Made by a program: the position numbers and the translations under genes
Part shown: positions 1-10,246 of the stretch, in pieces
Numbering within the stretch: the stretch's first letter is position 1
Layout of the letters: the number at the start of each line of letters is the position of its first letter
The notes under the pieces: generated by a model
What the model saw: only the letters and a program-made list of their open reading frames with translations
Database searches by the model: none
Told to the model about the DNA's origin: nothing
NCBI GenBank assembly: GCA_039926685.1
Contig: JBDSWM010000350.1
Coordinates: 1 to 59,950 of the forward strand
Reading direction: 5' to 3'
DNA from: Fibrobacteria bacterium
GTDB taxonomy: Bacteria > Fibrobacterota > Fibrobacteria > UBA11236
Length of the DNA: 59,950 nt

Positions 1-1421
1 CCTCTCGGGATGATCGTTACCTTGTGCAGCGGATCAGAATACTTTACCAACAGGGAGACTACGGCATGCCCGGCCTCATGGTAGGCGGTGGTCTTCTTCT
101 CTTCATCGCTCAAGATGCGCGACAGGCGTTCGGTGCCGATCATGATCTTGTCCTTGGCTTCCTCGAAATCGATCATGGCCACCTGGTTGCCGCCGAAACG
201 CGCCGCCAGCAGGCAGGCCTCGTTGACCAGGTTCTCCAGGTCCGCCCCGGAAAGCCCGGGCGTGCCCTTGGCTATCTTGGATACGTCCACGTCCTCGCGG
301 ACGGGAACCTTGCGCTTTTCCAGATGCACGCGGAGGATGCCTTCCCGGCCGCGGGAATCGGGCAGGTCCACCACCACCTGGCGGTCGAAACGGCCCGGGC
401 GCAGCAAAGCGGGGTCGAGCACGTCGGCGCGGTTGGTGGCCGCGATGAGGATCACGCCCTCGTTGCTGTTGAATCCGTCCATCTCCACCAGGAGCTGGTT
501 CAGGGTCTGTTCGCGTTCGTCATGCCCGCCGCCGAGGCCCGCGCCGCGATGCCGCCCCACGGCGTCGATTTCATCGATGAAGATGATACAGGGGGCGTTC
601 TTCTTGCCCTGTTCGAACAGGTCGCGCACGCGCGAGGCGCCTACGCCCACGAACATTTCCACGAAGTCCGATCCGGACATGCTGAAGAAGGGCACTTCGG
701 CTTCGCCGGCCACGGCCTTGGCGAGCAGGGTCTTGCCCGTGCCGGGAGGGCCCAGCAGCAGCACGCCCTTGGGGATACGACCGCCCAGTTTGCTGAACCG
801 GCTGGGGTCCTTCAGGAAGGCGATGATCTCTTCCAGCTCCTGCTTGGCCTCGTCCGCGCCGGCCACGTCCCGGAAGGTGACTTTGGGCCGGTTCTCGTCC
901 ATCAACTTGCCCTTGATCTTCCCGAACGAGAAGATGCCGCGCGTGCCGCCCATGCCGCCGCCCTGGCGGGCCATCATGAACCAGAAGAAGCCGATCAACA
1001 AGAAAAGGGGGAATAAGGTACTGAGATAACTGAGCCAGCGGGTTTCCTTGACGAACTCGACCTTGACGCCGCGGGCGGTGAGATTGTCGAGCAATTGCAA
1101 TATGGGACCGTCGATATCCGGCAACAGAGTCTTGAACTTGACGGTTCGGGAGGAAAAGGCGCTGTGCGTTTCCTTGCGCTTGACCTGCTCTTCCGGGGTC
1201 AGCTTGCGCTCGCCCACCAGGATGTAACCTTCGCCGATGCGCTGCAATTCCACAGAATTGATTTCCAGCTTCTCATCCGCGATGATGGCGCGGAATTCCG
1301 AATAGGTCTTCTCCTCGACGGGATTCTGCGAATCCAGCAATTGCACCAGGAAAATGGAAACCAGCACCATGGCGAGGATCAGGGAGAGATTCTTCCTCTT
1401 CCATTTGTTTCCGGGAGGCAT
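1..1421 (-). CDS. ftsH: ATP-dependent zinc metalloprotease FtsH, N-terminal ~473 codons (3' end runs off the window start)
   Basis: Own translation of the minus strand; it is absent from the ORF track because no stop codon lies in the window. ATG at 1421: [22 protein letters not shown]... It has a second TM segment, Walker A GPPGTGKT, Walker [32 protein letters not shown] and the HEAGHA zinc motif near nt 64-81. The + strand ORFs 24..1016 and 88..1029 are antisense shadows. Confidence 0.95.
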   Translation of the reverse strand, partial: MPPGNKWKRKNLSLILAMVLVSIFLVQLLDSQNPVEEKTYSEFRAIIADEKLEINSVELQRIGEGYILVGERKLTPEEQVKRKETHSAFSSRTVKFKTLLPDIDGPILQLLDNLTARGVKVEFVKETRWLSYLSTLFPLFLLIGFFWFMMARQGGGMGGTRGIFSFGKIKGKLMDENRPKVTFRDVAGADEAKQELEEIIAFLKDPSRFSKLGGRIPKGVLLLGPPGTGKTLLAKAVAGEAEVPFFSMSGSDFVEMFVGVGASRVRDLFEQGKKNAPCIIFIDEIDAVGRHRGAGLGGGHDEREQTLNQLLVEMDGFNSNEGVILIAATNRADVLDPALLRPGRFDRQVVVDLPDSRGREGILRVHLEKRKVPVREDVDVSKIAKGTPGLSGADLENLVNEACLLAARFGGNQVAMIDFEEAKDKIMIGTERLSRILSDEEKKTTAYHEAGHAVVSLLVKYSDPLHKVTIIPR

Positions 1422-1498
1422 GGCCTGCTTGGAATCAGGCAGCTTCCGGTTTACCGGGGCGTTCTTCTTGTCTTCCACCAGATTGTTCTTTTTGTCTT

Positions 1499-3013
1499 CT
1501 AGAGGTTCTCGCATTTAAGCACCAACTCAAGGATGTGAGAAGTCGATCCGCTGACCTTGAAGAAATCGGATATTCCGTACCCGGGGACCCAAGCGACCGA
1601 TTCATCGCTGAGGACCAGAGGGAGATTTTCCCTCGCACCGATCGGAACCTTCTCCTCGTTGAAAAAAGTTTTCAGTTTTCGCGAACGGCTCTGGAGCCCC
1701 AATGGGGAAAAGCGATCGCCGTCCTGGCGAGTTCGTACCAGTAATGTACAAGAAAAGAGTGCCGCATCAAAGATCGCCCTTTCCTCCCCGGGTTGCGGAA
1801 ATGCCAGATCTCCGGACCTGGAAAACCTTCGCGCCTCCAGTGAATAGATCCGGTTTCCCCATTGCCAGGAAGCCAGCCCGTGGCCCATTTCCAGTATAAC
1901 CCTTTGGGCTTCCGGCCCGCAGCTTTTTTTTGCTTGGCCTGCCTTTTTATGCGGGTTCTCCGGGGTTTTTGCGCAATAAACTCCCTCGTTTCCGCATTTC
2001 AATGCCAACCCCGCCGATATCGGAACGGAAAGCCTCGCAGGCTGCGCGAGCCATTGCCGCCGGAACTCCAGGAGTATCCGTTTGGTAATCCGGCCAGAAC
2101 GCGCCCCCGGCTCGCCATCCGATGATGGATCCCCGTCCCCGGCTTCCGGGATCGCGACCGCCAGCAGGCGCCGCAACCAGTATTCCAGCGCGCCCGCATC
2201 CCCGTCCTCCATCGCCGTTGCCACAGAAGATCGCTCGAGATAGGTCCGCCCCGCCCCCCCGATCCTCAGCCATCCGGCGTCCGCTTGTAATCTCTCAATC
2301 CCCGTCGCCATGGATTGCACCTGCATCGCCAGCGAGAAGATGCGCGCGTCCAAATCAGCTTCCTCCCGTCGCAAGGCGGGCAGGTAACGATGGCGATACC
2401 GGTTCCTGTCGATGCGCGTATCCGCGTTGGATTCGTCCTCGCGCCAATTTCCTCCGCCCAGGCGCAAATACTCCAGGATTTCCGCGCGGCCGCGGTTGAG
2501 GAAAGGCCTGATGATGTTGCCCCGGCGGAAGGGGATGCCCTGCAATCCGCGCGCGCCCGTCCCGCGCCCCAGGCGTTGGAACACGGTCTCGACCAGATCG
2601 TCGCGATGATGGCCGGTCAGGATCCAATCGCATCCGGCCGCGGCGGCGGTGGCGCCGAAGAAGGCATAGCGCTCGCGACGGCCCCACATTTCCACCGATT
2701 CGCGCGCCGGGCGCGCCGCCGGGTCCAGGCGCTTGGCGTAAAAGGGGATGCCGGACTGCCGGCAAAGCGCGGCCACGAAGGCTTGCTCCTCCGAGGCGGC
2801 GGGGCGCAACCCGTGATGCACATGGGCGACAGCCACCGCGCCCCCATGTTCCGATACCTGCCGCCGGGCCCATTGCAACAAGGCGATGGAATCGGCGCCA
2901 CCGGAGACGGCCAGCAGCAGGGAGGCCCCGGCGGGATGCCAGGATTGGGATTGGAGGAAGGATTGGGTGGAGTGCTCCCATGCGAGCAAGGCTTGTTCGG
3001 TGGGATCGATCAT
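1499..3013 (-). CDS. tilS: tRNA(Ile)-lysidine synthase
   Basis: PP-loop [13 protein letters not shown]. TilS C-terminal domain ([35 protein letters not shown]). Sits immediately upstream of ftsH, a common arrangement. Confidence 0.9.
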   Translation of the reverse strand: MIDPTEQALLAWEHSTQSFLQSQSWHPAGASLLLAVSGGADSIALLQWARRQVSEHGGAVAVAHVHHGLRPAASEEQAFVAALCRQSGIPFYAKRLDPAARPARESVEMWGRRERYAFFGATAAAAGCDWILTGHHRDDLVETVFQRLGRGTGARGLQGIPFRRGNIIRPFLNRGRAEILEYLRLGGGNWREDESNADTRIDRNRYRHRYLPALRREEADLDARIFSLAMQVQSMATGIERLQADAGWLRIGGAGRTYLERSSVATAMEDGDAGALEYWLRRLLAVAIPEAGDGDPSSDGEPGARSGRITKRILLEFRRQWLAQPARLSVPISAGLALKCGNEGVYCAKTPENPHKKAGQAKKSCGPEAQRVILEMGHGLASWQWGNRIYSLEARRFSRSGDLAFPQPGEERAIFDAALFSCTLLVRTRQDGDRFSPLGLQSRSRKLKTFFNEEKVPIGARENLPLVLSDESVAWVPGYGISDFFKVSGSTSHILELVLKCENL

Positions 3014-3027
3014 GGAGAAGGCAAAAG

Positions 3028-3055
3028 GAAAAATGAAAAGTGAAAAATGAAAAGT
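3028..3055 (-). repeat. Perfect 14-nt tandem duplication (GAAAAATGAAAAGT x2 on + strand) in the hisI-tilS spacer / tilS leader
   Basis: Read directly: 3028-3041 is identical to 3042-3055. The tract is AT-rich in an otherwise GC-rich context, 15 nt upstream of the tilS ATG (3013). Confidence 0.9.
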
Positions 3056-3075
3056 TGCAGACCGGAAATCTCCGT

Positions 3076-3471
3076 CTACCCGGCGGCCCCAGGGACCGGT
3101 TTCCCCTGGATCTCCCAGATCCCGCCTTTGCGGAGCCGGAAAAAACAGGTGCGATACCCCTCATGGCAGGCCGCGCCGTTGCCTTCCGGCCGCACGCGGA
3201 ACAGCAGAGCGTCCCCGTCGCAGTCGAGGCTAGCGCTCACCACCTGCTGCCGATTTCCGGACGTCTCGCCCTTCAGCCATAGCTTTTTGCGCGAGCGCGA
3301 CCAATAGGTCATATACCCGCTCGCGAAGGTCTGCGCCAGGGATTCCCGGTTCATATGCGCGAGCATGAGCACCTGGCCGTCGGCATCGTCGATGGCCACG
3401 GCGGTGACCAGCCCGTCCGCCCCGAATTTGACCTGCTCCAGCAGGGAGTCGTCATTTACGGACATGGCCAT
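3076..3471 (-). CDS. hisI: phosphoribosyl-AMP cyclohydrolase
   Basis: [40 protein letters not shown] and the CH..YRTCFF motif typical of HisI. The start overlaps the proA stop by 20 nt. Confidence 0.9.
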   Translation of the reverse strand: MAMSVNDDSLLEQVKFGADGLVTAVAIDDADGQVLMLAHMNRESLAQTFASGYMTYWSRSRKKLWLKGETSGNRQQVVSASLDCDGDALLFRVRPEGNGAACHEGYRTCFFRLRKGGIWEIQGKPVPGAAG

Positions 3472-4729
3472 GGCCTTCCACGATCCAGCGATAGGTGGTC
3501 AGGCTTTCCAACCCCATGGGGCCGCGGGCATGCAGCTTGTCGGTGCTGATCCCCACTTCCGCGCCCAGGCCGTATTCGGATCCATCCGCGAAACGCGTGG
3601 AGGCGTTCACCATCAGAGATGCGCTGTCCACCCCCGCCAGGAAGGCCTGCTGGACCTTGGACGACTTGGCCAGCACGGCGTCCGTATGCCCGGTGCCGTA
3701 TTTGGCGATATGCCCGATGGCGTCCGCCACGCCGTCCACCTGCTTCACGGCCAGGATGAGGTCGAGGTATTCCTCGCCCCAATCCGCTTCCGTGGCGGGC
3801 TTCACGCCCGGATGCAAGGCGCGCATGGCGGCGTCCCCGCGCAGCTCCACATTGTGCTCGATCAGGCTGTCCAGGATGCGCTTGACCGCCGGTCCCTTGA
3901 TATGGCTGTCGATAAGCAGGGTTTCCATGGCATTGCACACGCCGGGCCGCTGGGCCTTGGCGTTCACCACGATGCGCTGCGCAGCCTGCAGATCGGCGGT
4001 CTTATCCACGTAGATGTGGCATACCCCCTTATAATGCTTGATGACCGGGATGCGGGACTTTTCCACCACCGATTGGATCAGGCGCTCGCCGCCGCGCGGG
4101 ATCACCATATCGATGTTCCTGACGTCCGTGAGAAGCAAATCCACCAGGGCGTGATCGGCGCGCTCCACCAATTGCACCGCGCGTTCGTCGATGCCTTTCG
4201 CCCTCAAGGCCGCCCGGAACAGGCGCGCGAACACGGCGTTGGTATTGGCCGCTTCCTTGCCGCCGCGCAGGATCACGGCATTGCCGCTTTTAAGGCATAG
4301 GGCGCCGCCGTCGATGGTGACGTTGGGGCGCGATTCGAAAATGAATAGGATGGTGCCGATGGGCACGCTGACCCGTGAGATCTTGAGACCGTCCTTGCGC
4401 TTGTGCTTGGCCAGCACCTTGCCGAGCGGATCGGCGAAGGCGGCGATGGACTTGACGCTATCGGCGATGGACGTTATGCGCGAGGGAGTCAACAGCAGGC
4501 GGTCCAGCATGGCCGCGGTGAGGCCGCGTTCCTTGCCGGCTTCCATGTCCTTGGCGTTCTCGGCCAGGATGTCCGCCTGGGAGGCGATCAACGCCGCAGC
4601 CAGGACTTTCAAGGCGCCGTCGCGTTTGGCGCGGGGCAGGGCCCGCAAGTGTCGGGAGGCTTCCCGGGCGTTCTCGCCCAACTGCCGTGCATAGGCTTTC
4701 AGGCCTTCATTCGCGTCGTCCATATCCAC
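3452..4729 (-). CDS. proA: gamma-glutamyl phosphate reductase
   Basis: 425 aa. [39 protein letters not shown] and STRFADG motifs. Lies downstream of proB. Confidence 0.95.
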   Translation of the reverse strand: MDMDDANEGLKAYARQLGENAREASRHLRALPRAKRDGALKVLAAALIASQADILAENAKDMEAGKERGLTAAMLDRLLLTPSRITSIADSVKSIAAFADPLGKVLAKHKRKDGLKISRVSVPIGTILFIFESRPNVTIDGGALCLKSGNAVILRGGKEAANTNAVFARLFRAALRAKGIDERAVQLVERADHALVDLLLTDVRNIDMVIPRGGERLIQSVVEKSRIPVIKHYKGVCHIYVDKTADLQAAQRIVVNAKAQRPGVCNAMETLLIDSHIKGPAVKRILDSLIEHNVELRGDAAMRALHPGVKPATEADWGEEYLDLILAVKQVDGVADAIGHIAKYGTGHTDAVLAKSSKVQQAFLAGVDSASLMVNASTRFADGSEYGLGAEVGISTDKLHARGPMGLESLTTYRWIVEGHGHVRK

Positions 4730-4778
4730 CTAAATGTATACAGGAATGCCGGGCAAACAAAGTTATCGGAAGGAAACC

Positions 4779-5909
4779 CTAGAAAATCACCAGCTCATCG
4801 CGGTGGATCACTTCGTCCGGGCCCTTGCGGCCCAGGATTTCCGGGATGCGCTGGCTTTTCTGGCCGCGGATCAACTGGACCTCCCCCGAGGAATAAGCCG
4901 TACGGCCCCGCCCGATCACATCCCCTTGGAGGTTGCAAACCTCCACGAAATCGCCCGGCTTGAAAACCCCCTTGCTGTCGCGGATCCCCGCGGGCAGCAG
5001 GCTGGACTTGCGCGTATGCATGGCCTTGACGCCGCCTTCGTCCAGGAACAATTGGCCCCGCGCCTTGGACACGAAGGCCAGCCAGCGTTTATCCCGCCCG
5101 ATCTTGTCCGGGTTGGGGAGGAACAGGGTGCCCAGGGCTTTCCCTTTCACCAAGTCGAGCAGGCGCGCCCCGTGGCCGCGCGTCAGCACCGCAGGCGTTC
5201 CCGCTTCAGTCGCCTGACGAATGGCCAGCAGCTTGGCCTTCATGCCGCCTACGCTCACCTTGGACCCCGGCTTCGCTTCCGCCAGTTTCAGGATCTCTGC
5301 CGTGATGCGCGGCACCACTGAAATGGCCTTGGCATCCGGATACGACTTCGGATTCCTGGTGAACAAGCCGTCCTCGTCGGAGAGGATGACCAGCAGGTCC
5401 GCTTCCAGGAAATGCGCCACGTCCGCGCTAAGCTTATCGTTGTCGCCGACCTTGATCTCTTCCGTAGTGATGGTGTCGTTCTCATTGATGATGGGGATGA
5501 CCCGCTTTTCCAGCAGGGTGCCCACCGTCTTGCGTATGTTGTTGAAGCGCGTGCGATCGCGGAAATCGTCCCCGGACAACAGGATTTGCGCTACCGTCTT
5601 GCCCCGCTTGGCGAAGGATTCGGAATACATGTGCATCAGGCGTATCTGGCCGATGGCGGCGCAGGCCTGCTTTTCCGGCAGCTCCTTGGGCCGGGTGGTA
5701 TAACCGAGCGTGCTCATGCCCACGCCCACGGCGCCGGAAGTCACAAGCACCACGGCATAACCTTCATCATGCAGCAGCGACAGCTGCGCCACCAGATGGT
5801 TGAGCTGATCCCACGAAGGCGCATTGTCCTCGCCTACCAGGATTTTGGTGCCCACCTTGATGACCAGGCGGTGCAGGGTCTTGAAAAGATCGGTGCGTAT
5901 GTCGTCCAC
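4779..5909 (-). CDS. proB: glutamate 5-kinase with C-terminal PUA domain
   Basis: GTG start. LVIKVGTKIL..., INENDT, and a PUA-like C-terminus (GDFVEVCNLQGDVIGRGRTAYSSGEV). Confidence 0.95.
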   Translation of the reverse strand: MDDIRTDLFKTLHRLVIKVGTKILVGEDNAPSWDQLNHLVAQLSLLHDEGYAVVLVTSGAVGVGMSTLGYTTRPKELPEKQACAAIGQIRLMHMYSESFAKRGKTVAQILLSGDDFRDRTRFNNIRKTVGTLLEKRVIPIINENDTITTEEIKVGDNDKLSADVAHFLEADLLVILSDEDGLFTRNPKSYPDAKAISVVPRITAEILKLAEAKPGSKVSVGGMKAKLLAIRQATEAGTPAVLTRGHGARLLDLVKGKALGTLFLPNPDKIGRDKRWLAFVSKARGQLFLDEGGVKAMHTRKSSLLPAGIRDSKGVFKPGDFVEVCNLQGDVIGRGRTAYSSGEVQLIRGQKSQRIPEILGRKGPDEVIHRDELVIF

Positions 5910-5998
5910 GGGGAGGAAAGGTAGGTAGACAAGGGAGAGAATTCAAAAGTCAAAGTTCAAAGCGAAAAGTTCAAAAGTGAAGAGGGATGGTCACGGCC

Positions 5999-6553
5999 TC
6001 AGCGAATCTTCTCGAGATCCTTCAGCAATTTCTGGTATTTTTCCTTTTCGGTTTCCAGGCGCGCGTTTTCGGCGCGCAGATCGCAAGTTTCTTTCAGGAG
6101 CGATTCGATCTTGTCCTGCGCGGCCTTTTCCGACGGCGCGGCGCGTGCGATTTCGATGGGGCGGCCCCGGGCGGCTTTGTTCTGTGAGGCCTCGCGCGCC
6201 AGCATTAACAAGAGGCCGGCATGCACCTTGCGCAAACCGCCCGTCCATTTGCTCTGGCTCGGCTCCAGCAAGGCCAAGGCGGAATCGGGTTCGTCACGGT
6301 ACAGCCAGGTCACAGCCTTCCAATAAGCGGCGATCTCGCGCTCGGCCGGGTCCCGCGATGAAGTCAGGCTGTCGACCGCCCGCTGGGCCTTCTCCAGTTC
6401 CCCTTTTGAGACCAATCGGGCCAGCACCTTGTCCATGGGGGAACGCGCCTGTTCCTCCCCGGCCGATGGGGCTTGTCCCGTTGCGCAGCCGATCAGAAGG
6501 GCCGCGGCCAGAAGCCGCCCGAAGGCCGCGAACGCTTGCCAAGGCTTCCTCAT
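5999..6553 (-). CDS. hypothetical lipoprotein with C-terminal coiled-coil
   Basis: Lipobox LLIGC after a basic N-terminus. The C-terminus (KIESLLKETCDLRAENARLETEKEKYQKLLKDLEKI) is heptad-like. 4-nt overlap with the upstream HAMP-DHp gene. Confidence 0.6.
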   Translation of the reverse strand: MRKPWQAFAAFGRLLAAALLIGCATGQAPSAGEEQARSPMDKVLARLVSKGELEKAQRAVDSLTSSRDPAEREIAAYWKAVTWLYRDEPDSALALLEPSQSKWTGGLRKVHAGLLLMLAREASQNKAARGRPIEIARAAPSEKAAQDKIESLLKETCDLRAENARLETEKEKYQKLLKDLEKIR

Positions 6554-7917
6554 AAATCCCTCGGGCGGATTTGGCTGGAGCGCAGCAAATCGATCATCTG
6601 ATCTTGCGTACCGATATAATCCTCGGTCACCGGCTCCTTGATCTCTTTCAACCGCTGGGTGACCAGGAATATGCGCCGCACCTCCCCTACGATCGCGTAC
6701 AGCTTGGACTTGAGGCCTTCGTCCGCCCGTTCCATCACGGCCAGCAGGTATTCCGCGTTGCCGCTGATGATCATCAGCGGATTGTTAATCTCATGGTTCA
6801 CGCTGCGCACGATCTGCTCGATGGCTTCCAGGCGCCGCAAGCGCATTTCGGCGTTGCGCTTCTCGTCCAGCTTGACCGACATGCTGTTGAAGACCTCCGC
6901 CAGTTCCCCGATTTCATTGCGGGAAGCCACCTTCACCTGGTACCCCAGCGATCCCCGGCCAATCTCCAGGGCCCCATGCTTAAGGCACTTCATGGGATCG
7001 AGGATTTTCCATTTCAGGATTACCGCCACGTAGCCCACCATGGCCAGCAGCAGCAGCAGTGAATAAATCAGGCGATCCTTGGCCCGTCCTACGGAATTCC
7101 GCAGACTGTTGAGCTTATCCTTGCGTTCCCCGCGCATGGTCTCCTGGGCCAGGAACAGGCCTTCGCGCAACGCGGTTTCATAAGCCTTGAAGCCTTCATT
7201 GGTGGCCGAATCAAGGTCGATCTGTTTCGCCACTTCCGCCGGGGCCGGGGCCGGCAAAGGCGCGAATTTACGTTTCTGGGCTTGCGCCGCGCGGGGGAGC
7301 GATTTGGCGCCTCGCAAAGTGGAACGCGAACCGGCAAGGCCGCGGGAAACCGGTTTGGAGGAGGTACGGACGGAAGGATGGGCGGAATTCCGCATAGCCG
7401 ATTTCCCCACGGCCGCGCGGACATGCTTTCCGGTCGGACGGGCGGGAGCGCCGACGGCCGCCGGGACCGGGGTGGGCGCGGCGGAAGACTTGGTGTGGTT
7501 GGAAAGCATCCGGATGGTCTGCTCCTTGGCGAAGGCATCCAGCCTTTGCATATATTCCAGGTGCTTGTCGTGAAGGCTGCGCAATTGCTGCGTGGAAGCG
7601 GCCGCGCTATCCGGGCCGATGCTCTCGATTTCCCCGTACACATCGCTCACTTCGTTCAAGGTAACCTGGAGGGTACGCAAATAGCTTTCGTTGCCCAAGG
7701 ACATCAGTTTGGTGCGCTCGCGGGCGCTGGAGGAGAGGCTCGTGATCCAACTGGCCACATAGTCGTTGATTTCCGCCGATTCCGCCAATTGATGGGTCTT
7801 GACCAGGATGCCCGTCATTTCATGGAAAAACAGCATGAGCAGGAAAAGGATGCCCATGAACACCCCCAGCACAACGGCGGGAAGCTGAAAACGGAGGCTG
7901 TGGAAAATCTTCGCCAT
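6550..7917 (-). CDS. membrane sensor with HAMP + HisKA(DHp) domains but no recognisable ATPase (CA) domain
   Basis: Two TM segments flank a periplasmic region that carries a basic, low-complexity insert. HAMP (NEIGELAEVFNSM). H-box SVNHEINNPLMIISGNAEYL. The protein ends ~70 aa after the H-box, with no N/G1/F/G2 boxes. Confidence 0.7.
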   Translation of the reverse strand: MAKIFHSLRFQLPAVVLGVFMGILFLLMLFFHEMTGILVKTHQLAESAEINDYVASWITSLSSSARERTKLMSLGNESYLRTLQVTLNEVSDVYGEIESIGPDSAAASTQQLRSLHDKHLEYMQRLDAFAKEQTIRMLSNHTKSSAAPTPVPAAVGAPARPTGKHVRAAVGKSAMRNSAHPSVRTSSKPVSRGLAGSRSTLRGAKSLPRAAQAQKRKFAPLPAPAPAEVAKQIDLDSATNEGFKAYETALREGLFLAQETMRGERKDKLNSLRNSVGRAKDRLIYSLLLLLAMVGYVAVILKWKILDPMKCLKHGALEIGRGSLGYQVKVASRNEIGELAEVFNSMSVKLDEKRNAEMRLRRLEAIEQIVRSVNHEINNPLMIISGNAEYLLAVMERADEGLKSKLYAIVGEVRRIFLVTQRLKEIKEPVTEDYIGTQDQMIDLLRSSQIRPRDL

Positions 7918-8002
7918 AATAGTGATGTCCGTCCTAATTCGCGCCGGAACAAAGGCTTAACTTTCCCCAATCTTAGCGGATGGATTAAGCAGGCGGCAAG
8001 TT

Positions 8003-9832
8003 TTGAATTCTTCCCACAATCCTCAAAGATCCCACTGGTATAGCCTTTTCAACGTTTTCGGACTTTGCTCCGCCTGGATTCTGATGGACGCCATTCCGGT
8101 AGCCGCCGATTCCGCCCTCGCACCGGAAACGGCCGCGGTCCTGGACCTGCTCCGCAGCCGGGTCGCTTCCGGACTGGCCGGCCAGGAATCCTACGATGCA
8201 TTCATCGATTTTCTGGCGGAGAATGGCGCCGGATCCGGCACGGACGATGCCCTCGGATGCCGGGCCTGGGCCGACGCGATCGCGGTGGAAGCCACCGGGG
8301 TCGAGGCGTCCGGGACGGAAGGGGAGGATATCCGCTGGCGGGAAATCCGGGAAGCCATGGCCCAGGTTTGCCCGGACAACCGAAGTAACATGCAAGGTAT
8401 GCAAGATGGCGCCGTCGGCGGACGCGCGACAAAGCGTCCCCATGCCAGCCTGGTCATGGCGCAAACGGTGCGGCCGCGCCAGGATCCGGCGGCGGCGGGC
8501 GCCTTACCGCCCCCTTTCCTGCATGCCGAAGGCTCCCTGCCGGGAGCATCGGCCCGCATTTCCCTGCAAGGCTCGCGCCTGGAAACGCGATTCCTGCGCG
8601 CAGGACCGACCCATTTCTCCGTACTCGCCGGGCACTTGCATGCGGCCCTGGAAGAAACCCGCCTCGGCTTCGTGGCCGGTGGCCGCTTTTACGCGGGCTG
8701 GTCGGGAAATTCCGGCCTCACGGGCCCGCTCGCTTCCGCGCAATCCGCCTTGGACGGCCTGGGTTTGCGGGCTCGCGCGGGCGGATGGACTTTGGAAGCC
8801 GCGGGTGCCTGGAATCGGTTGCGCCATGGTTCCCATCCCGATCGCAATGACGCGGTACTGTATACGGCCGGCATGGCCCGCCGGTTCGGCGGCGATGGTT
8901 CCGCTTTGGCCTTCCGATCCCAGGGGGCGCGGCAGCATTTCGAACCCGGTTCCGGCCCTGCCACGGATATCACCGTGGTGGGAGCGGCCCTTTCCAATTA
9001 CGGCAGCCAACGCAACCGGTTTCCCCGCTGGAGCCTGGGGGCGGCTGGCTCCCTGGCGGATATGCCCTCTTCCGGTGCGGGGAGGGCGGATGCGAAGGCC
9101 GGGAATGGCTTGCGCGCTTGGGGGGGGTATGCTGAAGCGTCGCTCTCTTCGGAGGGCTCCGCTTCCTGGAAAGTGCAATGGCGGCAAGCCGACGCCGATT
9201 GGGCGAATCCGCTGCAATCGCCCCGGGGTTACCTGCGCGATACCCTGGAAGGGGGTTGGATCCTGCCAGGCCGTGGGGAGGGCGGTCTATCCGCGCGCAT
9301 GCGTTTCCCCTTGGCCGCCGGAAACGGATACCAGGCGGATTTGCGTGCGGGCGGATCAGGGGATTGGGGCGCGAAAGGCCTGCTGTCGGGGGAGAGTAAC
9401 TTGGCGGTTATGCAGGCCTGGGGGGAATGGATTCATGAAACAGGCGCAACGGCCGCCTTCTTGCGCCCAGATCCGAACCGGTCGCCGGATCCGGCCGGAG
9501 AGGCCGGGCGGGGCGGCTGGGGCCAAAGCCTGGCCTGGCAAAGACGGCCCTGGACGCTTAAGGCGGAATTCAGCTGGAAAGGCGGTGAATATTCCGGATC
9601 CCGGCCTGCGCCGCTTGGGTTTTCCTGCTCTTATGCGGGCGCGCAGGCTTGGAGCAACGCCTTCACCATCGGGGATATACGCAACCCTTGGAACTATTTC
9701 AGGGTGGATGTTCATCAAGAATGGAAAGCGGGAAGCAAAATCCGGGTGGAACAGACCCTGCGCATGCCATGGACCCGGGAGGGGATGACAAGCGACTTGG
9801 GCTATCAATTGCGGCTGGCGGCCACCCCGTGA
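8003..9832 (+). CDS. hypothetical secreted / outer-membrane-like protein (609 aa)
   Basis: Long ORF in the sense frame with a hydrophobic N-terminus. The C-terminal two thirds are Gly/Ala/Trp/Arg-rich with an alternating pattern suggestive of beta strands. No recognisable catalytic motif. Divergent from the HAMP-DHp gene. Confidence 0.5.
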   Translation: MNSSHNPQRSHWYSLFNVFGLCSAWILMDAIPVAADSALAPETAAVLDLLRSRVASGLAGQESYDAFIDFLAENGAGSGTDDALGCRAWADAIAVEATGVEASGTEGEDIRWREIREAMAQVCPDNRSNMQGMQDGAVGGRATKRPHASLVMAQTVRPRQDPAAAGALPPPFLHAEGSLPGASARISLQGSRLETRFLRAGPTHFSVLAGHLHAALEETRLGFVAGGRFYAGWSGNSGLTGPLASAQSALDGLGLRARAGGWTLEAAGAWNRLRHGSHPDRNDAVLYTAGMARRFGGDGSALAFRSQGARQHFEPGSGPATDITVVGAALSNYGSQRNRFPRWSLGAAGSLADMPSSGAGRADAKAGNGLRAWGGYAEASLSSEGSASWKVQWRQADADWANPLQSPRGYLRDTLEGGWILPGRGEGGLSARMRFPLAAGNGYQADLRAGGSGDWGAKGLLSGESNLAVMQAWGEWIHETGATAAFLRPDPNRSPDPAGEAGRGGWGQSLAWQRRPWTLKAEFSWKGGEYSGSRPAPLGFSCSYAGAQAWSNAFTIGDIRNPWNYFRVDVHQEWKAGSKIRVEQTLRMPWTREGMTSDLGYQLRLAATP

Positions 9833-10002
9833 GAATGGTGTACGGCATGGCGAGGTAGCATTTCCTCCTCGTGGTACCGGATGCCCAAATCTTCTGTGGA
9901 ATGGCTTATTATGGACTGGATTTCCAAATCCCGTATAAACCGGGAACGCAAGCTGCTATTGCTCAGCAATGCGTTCCAGAACTCCTTGTCTTCGTTTTCC
10001 AT
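9805..10002 (-). CDS. possible small protein (65 aa)
   Basis: Strong SD (GAGGAGTTCCACATG) and locally lower GC. The product has no recognisable motif. Its 3' end overlaps the convergent 8003..9832 ORF by 28 nt. Confidence 0.3.
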   Translation of the reverse strand: MENEDKEFWNALLSNSSLRSRFIRDLEIQSIISHSTEDLGIRYHEEEMLPRHAVHHSHGVAASRN

Positions 10003-10246
10003 GTGGAACTCCTCGACCGGCAGTCCGGTTCGATCCCTTTGTCATTGTCGTATCAGGAGTAAGAAGCAAAGACCGATCCCGATTTTTCTGGATCACTTCG
10101 GACCCGATCGGAGTCGAATTGCCGTAAAAGACGTGAATTAGGGAAGCGATCTGCCGTTTGGAAGTTGGAAAAGTGAACAGGGCAAGTGATTGTCAAATAT
10201 TAGCCCGTCTTGATGGGATTTGGCATTGCCAATTTGGGAATGTGGA

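Noticed and set aside
24-1029. Long + strand ORFs (330 and 313 aa) at the window start
   Set aside because: They are antisense shadows of ftsH in high-GC DNA. The minus strand translates into an unmistakable FtsH (Walker A/B, SRH, HEAGH). The + strand products are low-complexity, Arg/Ala/Gly/His-rich and have no recognisable motif.
5945-5957. 13-nt identity (ACTTTGACTTTTG) between the proB leader and the start of the giant gene (28226-28238), as evidence for a shared regulatory site
   Set aside because: A single shared 13-mer within 60 kb (both strands) is within chance expectation. It is kept only as a minor note inside other findings.
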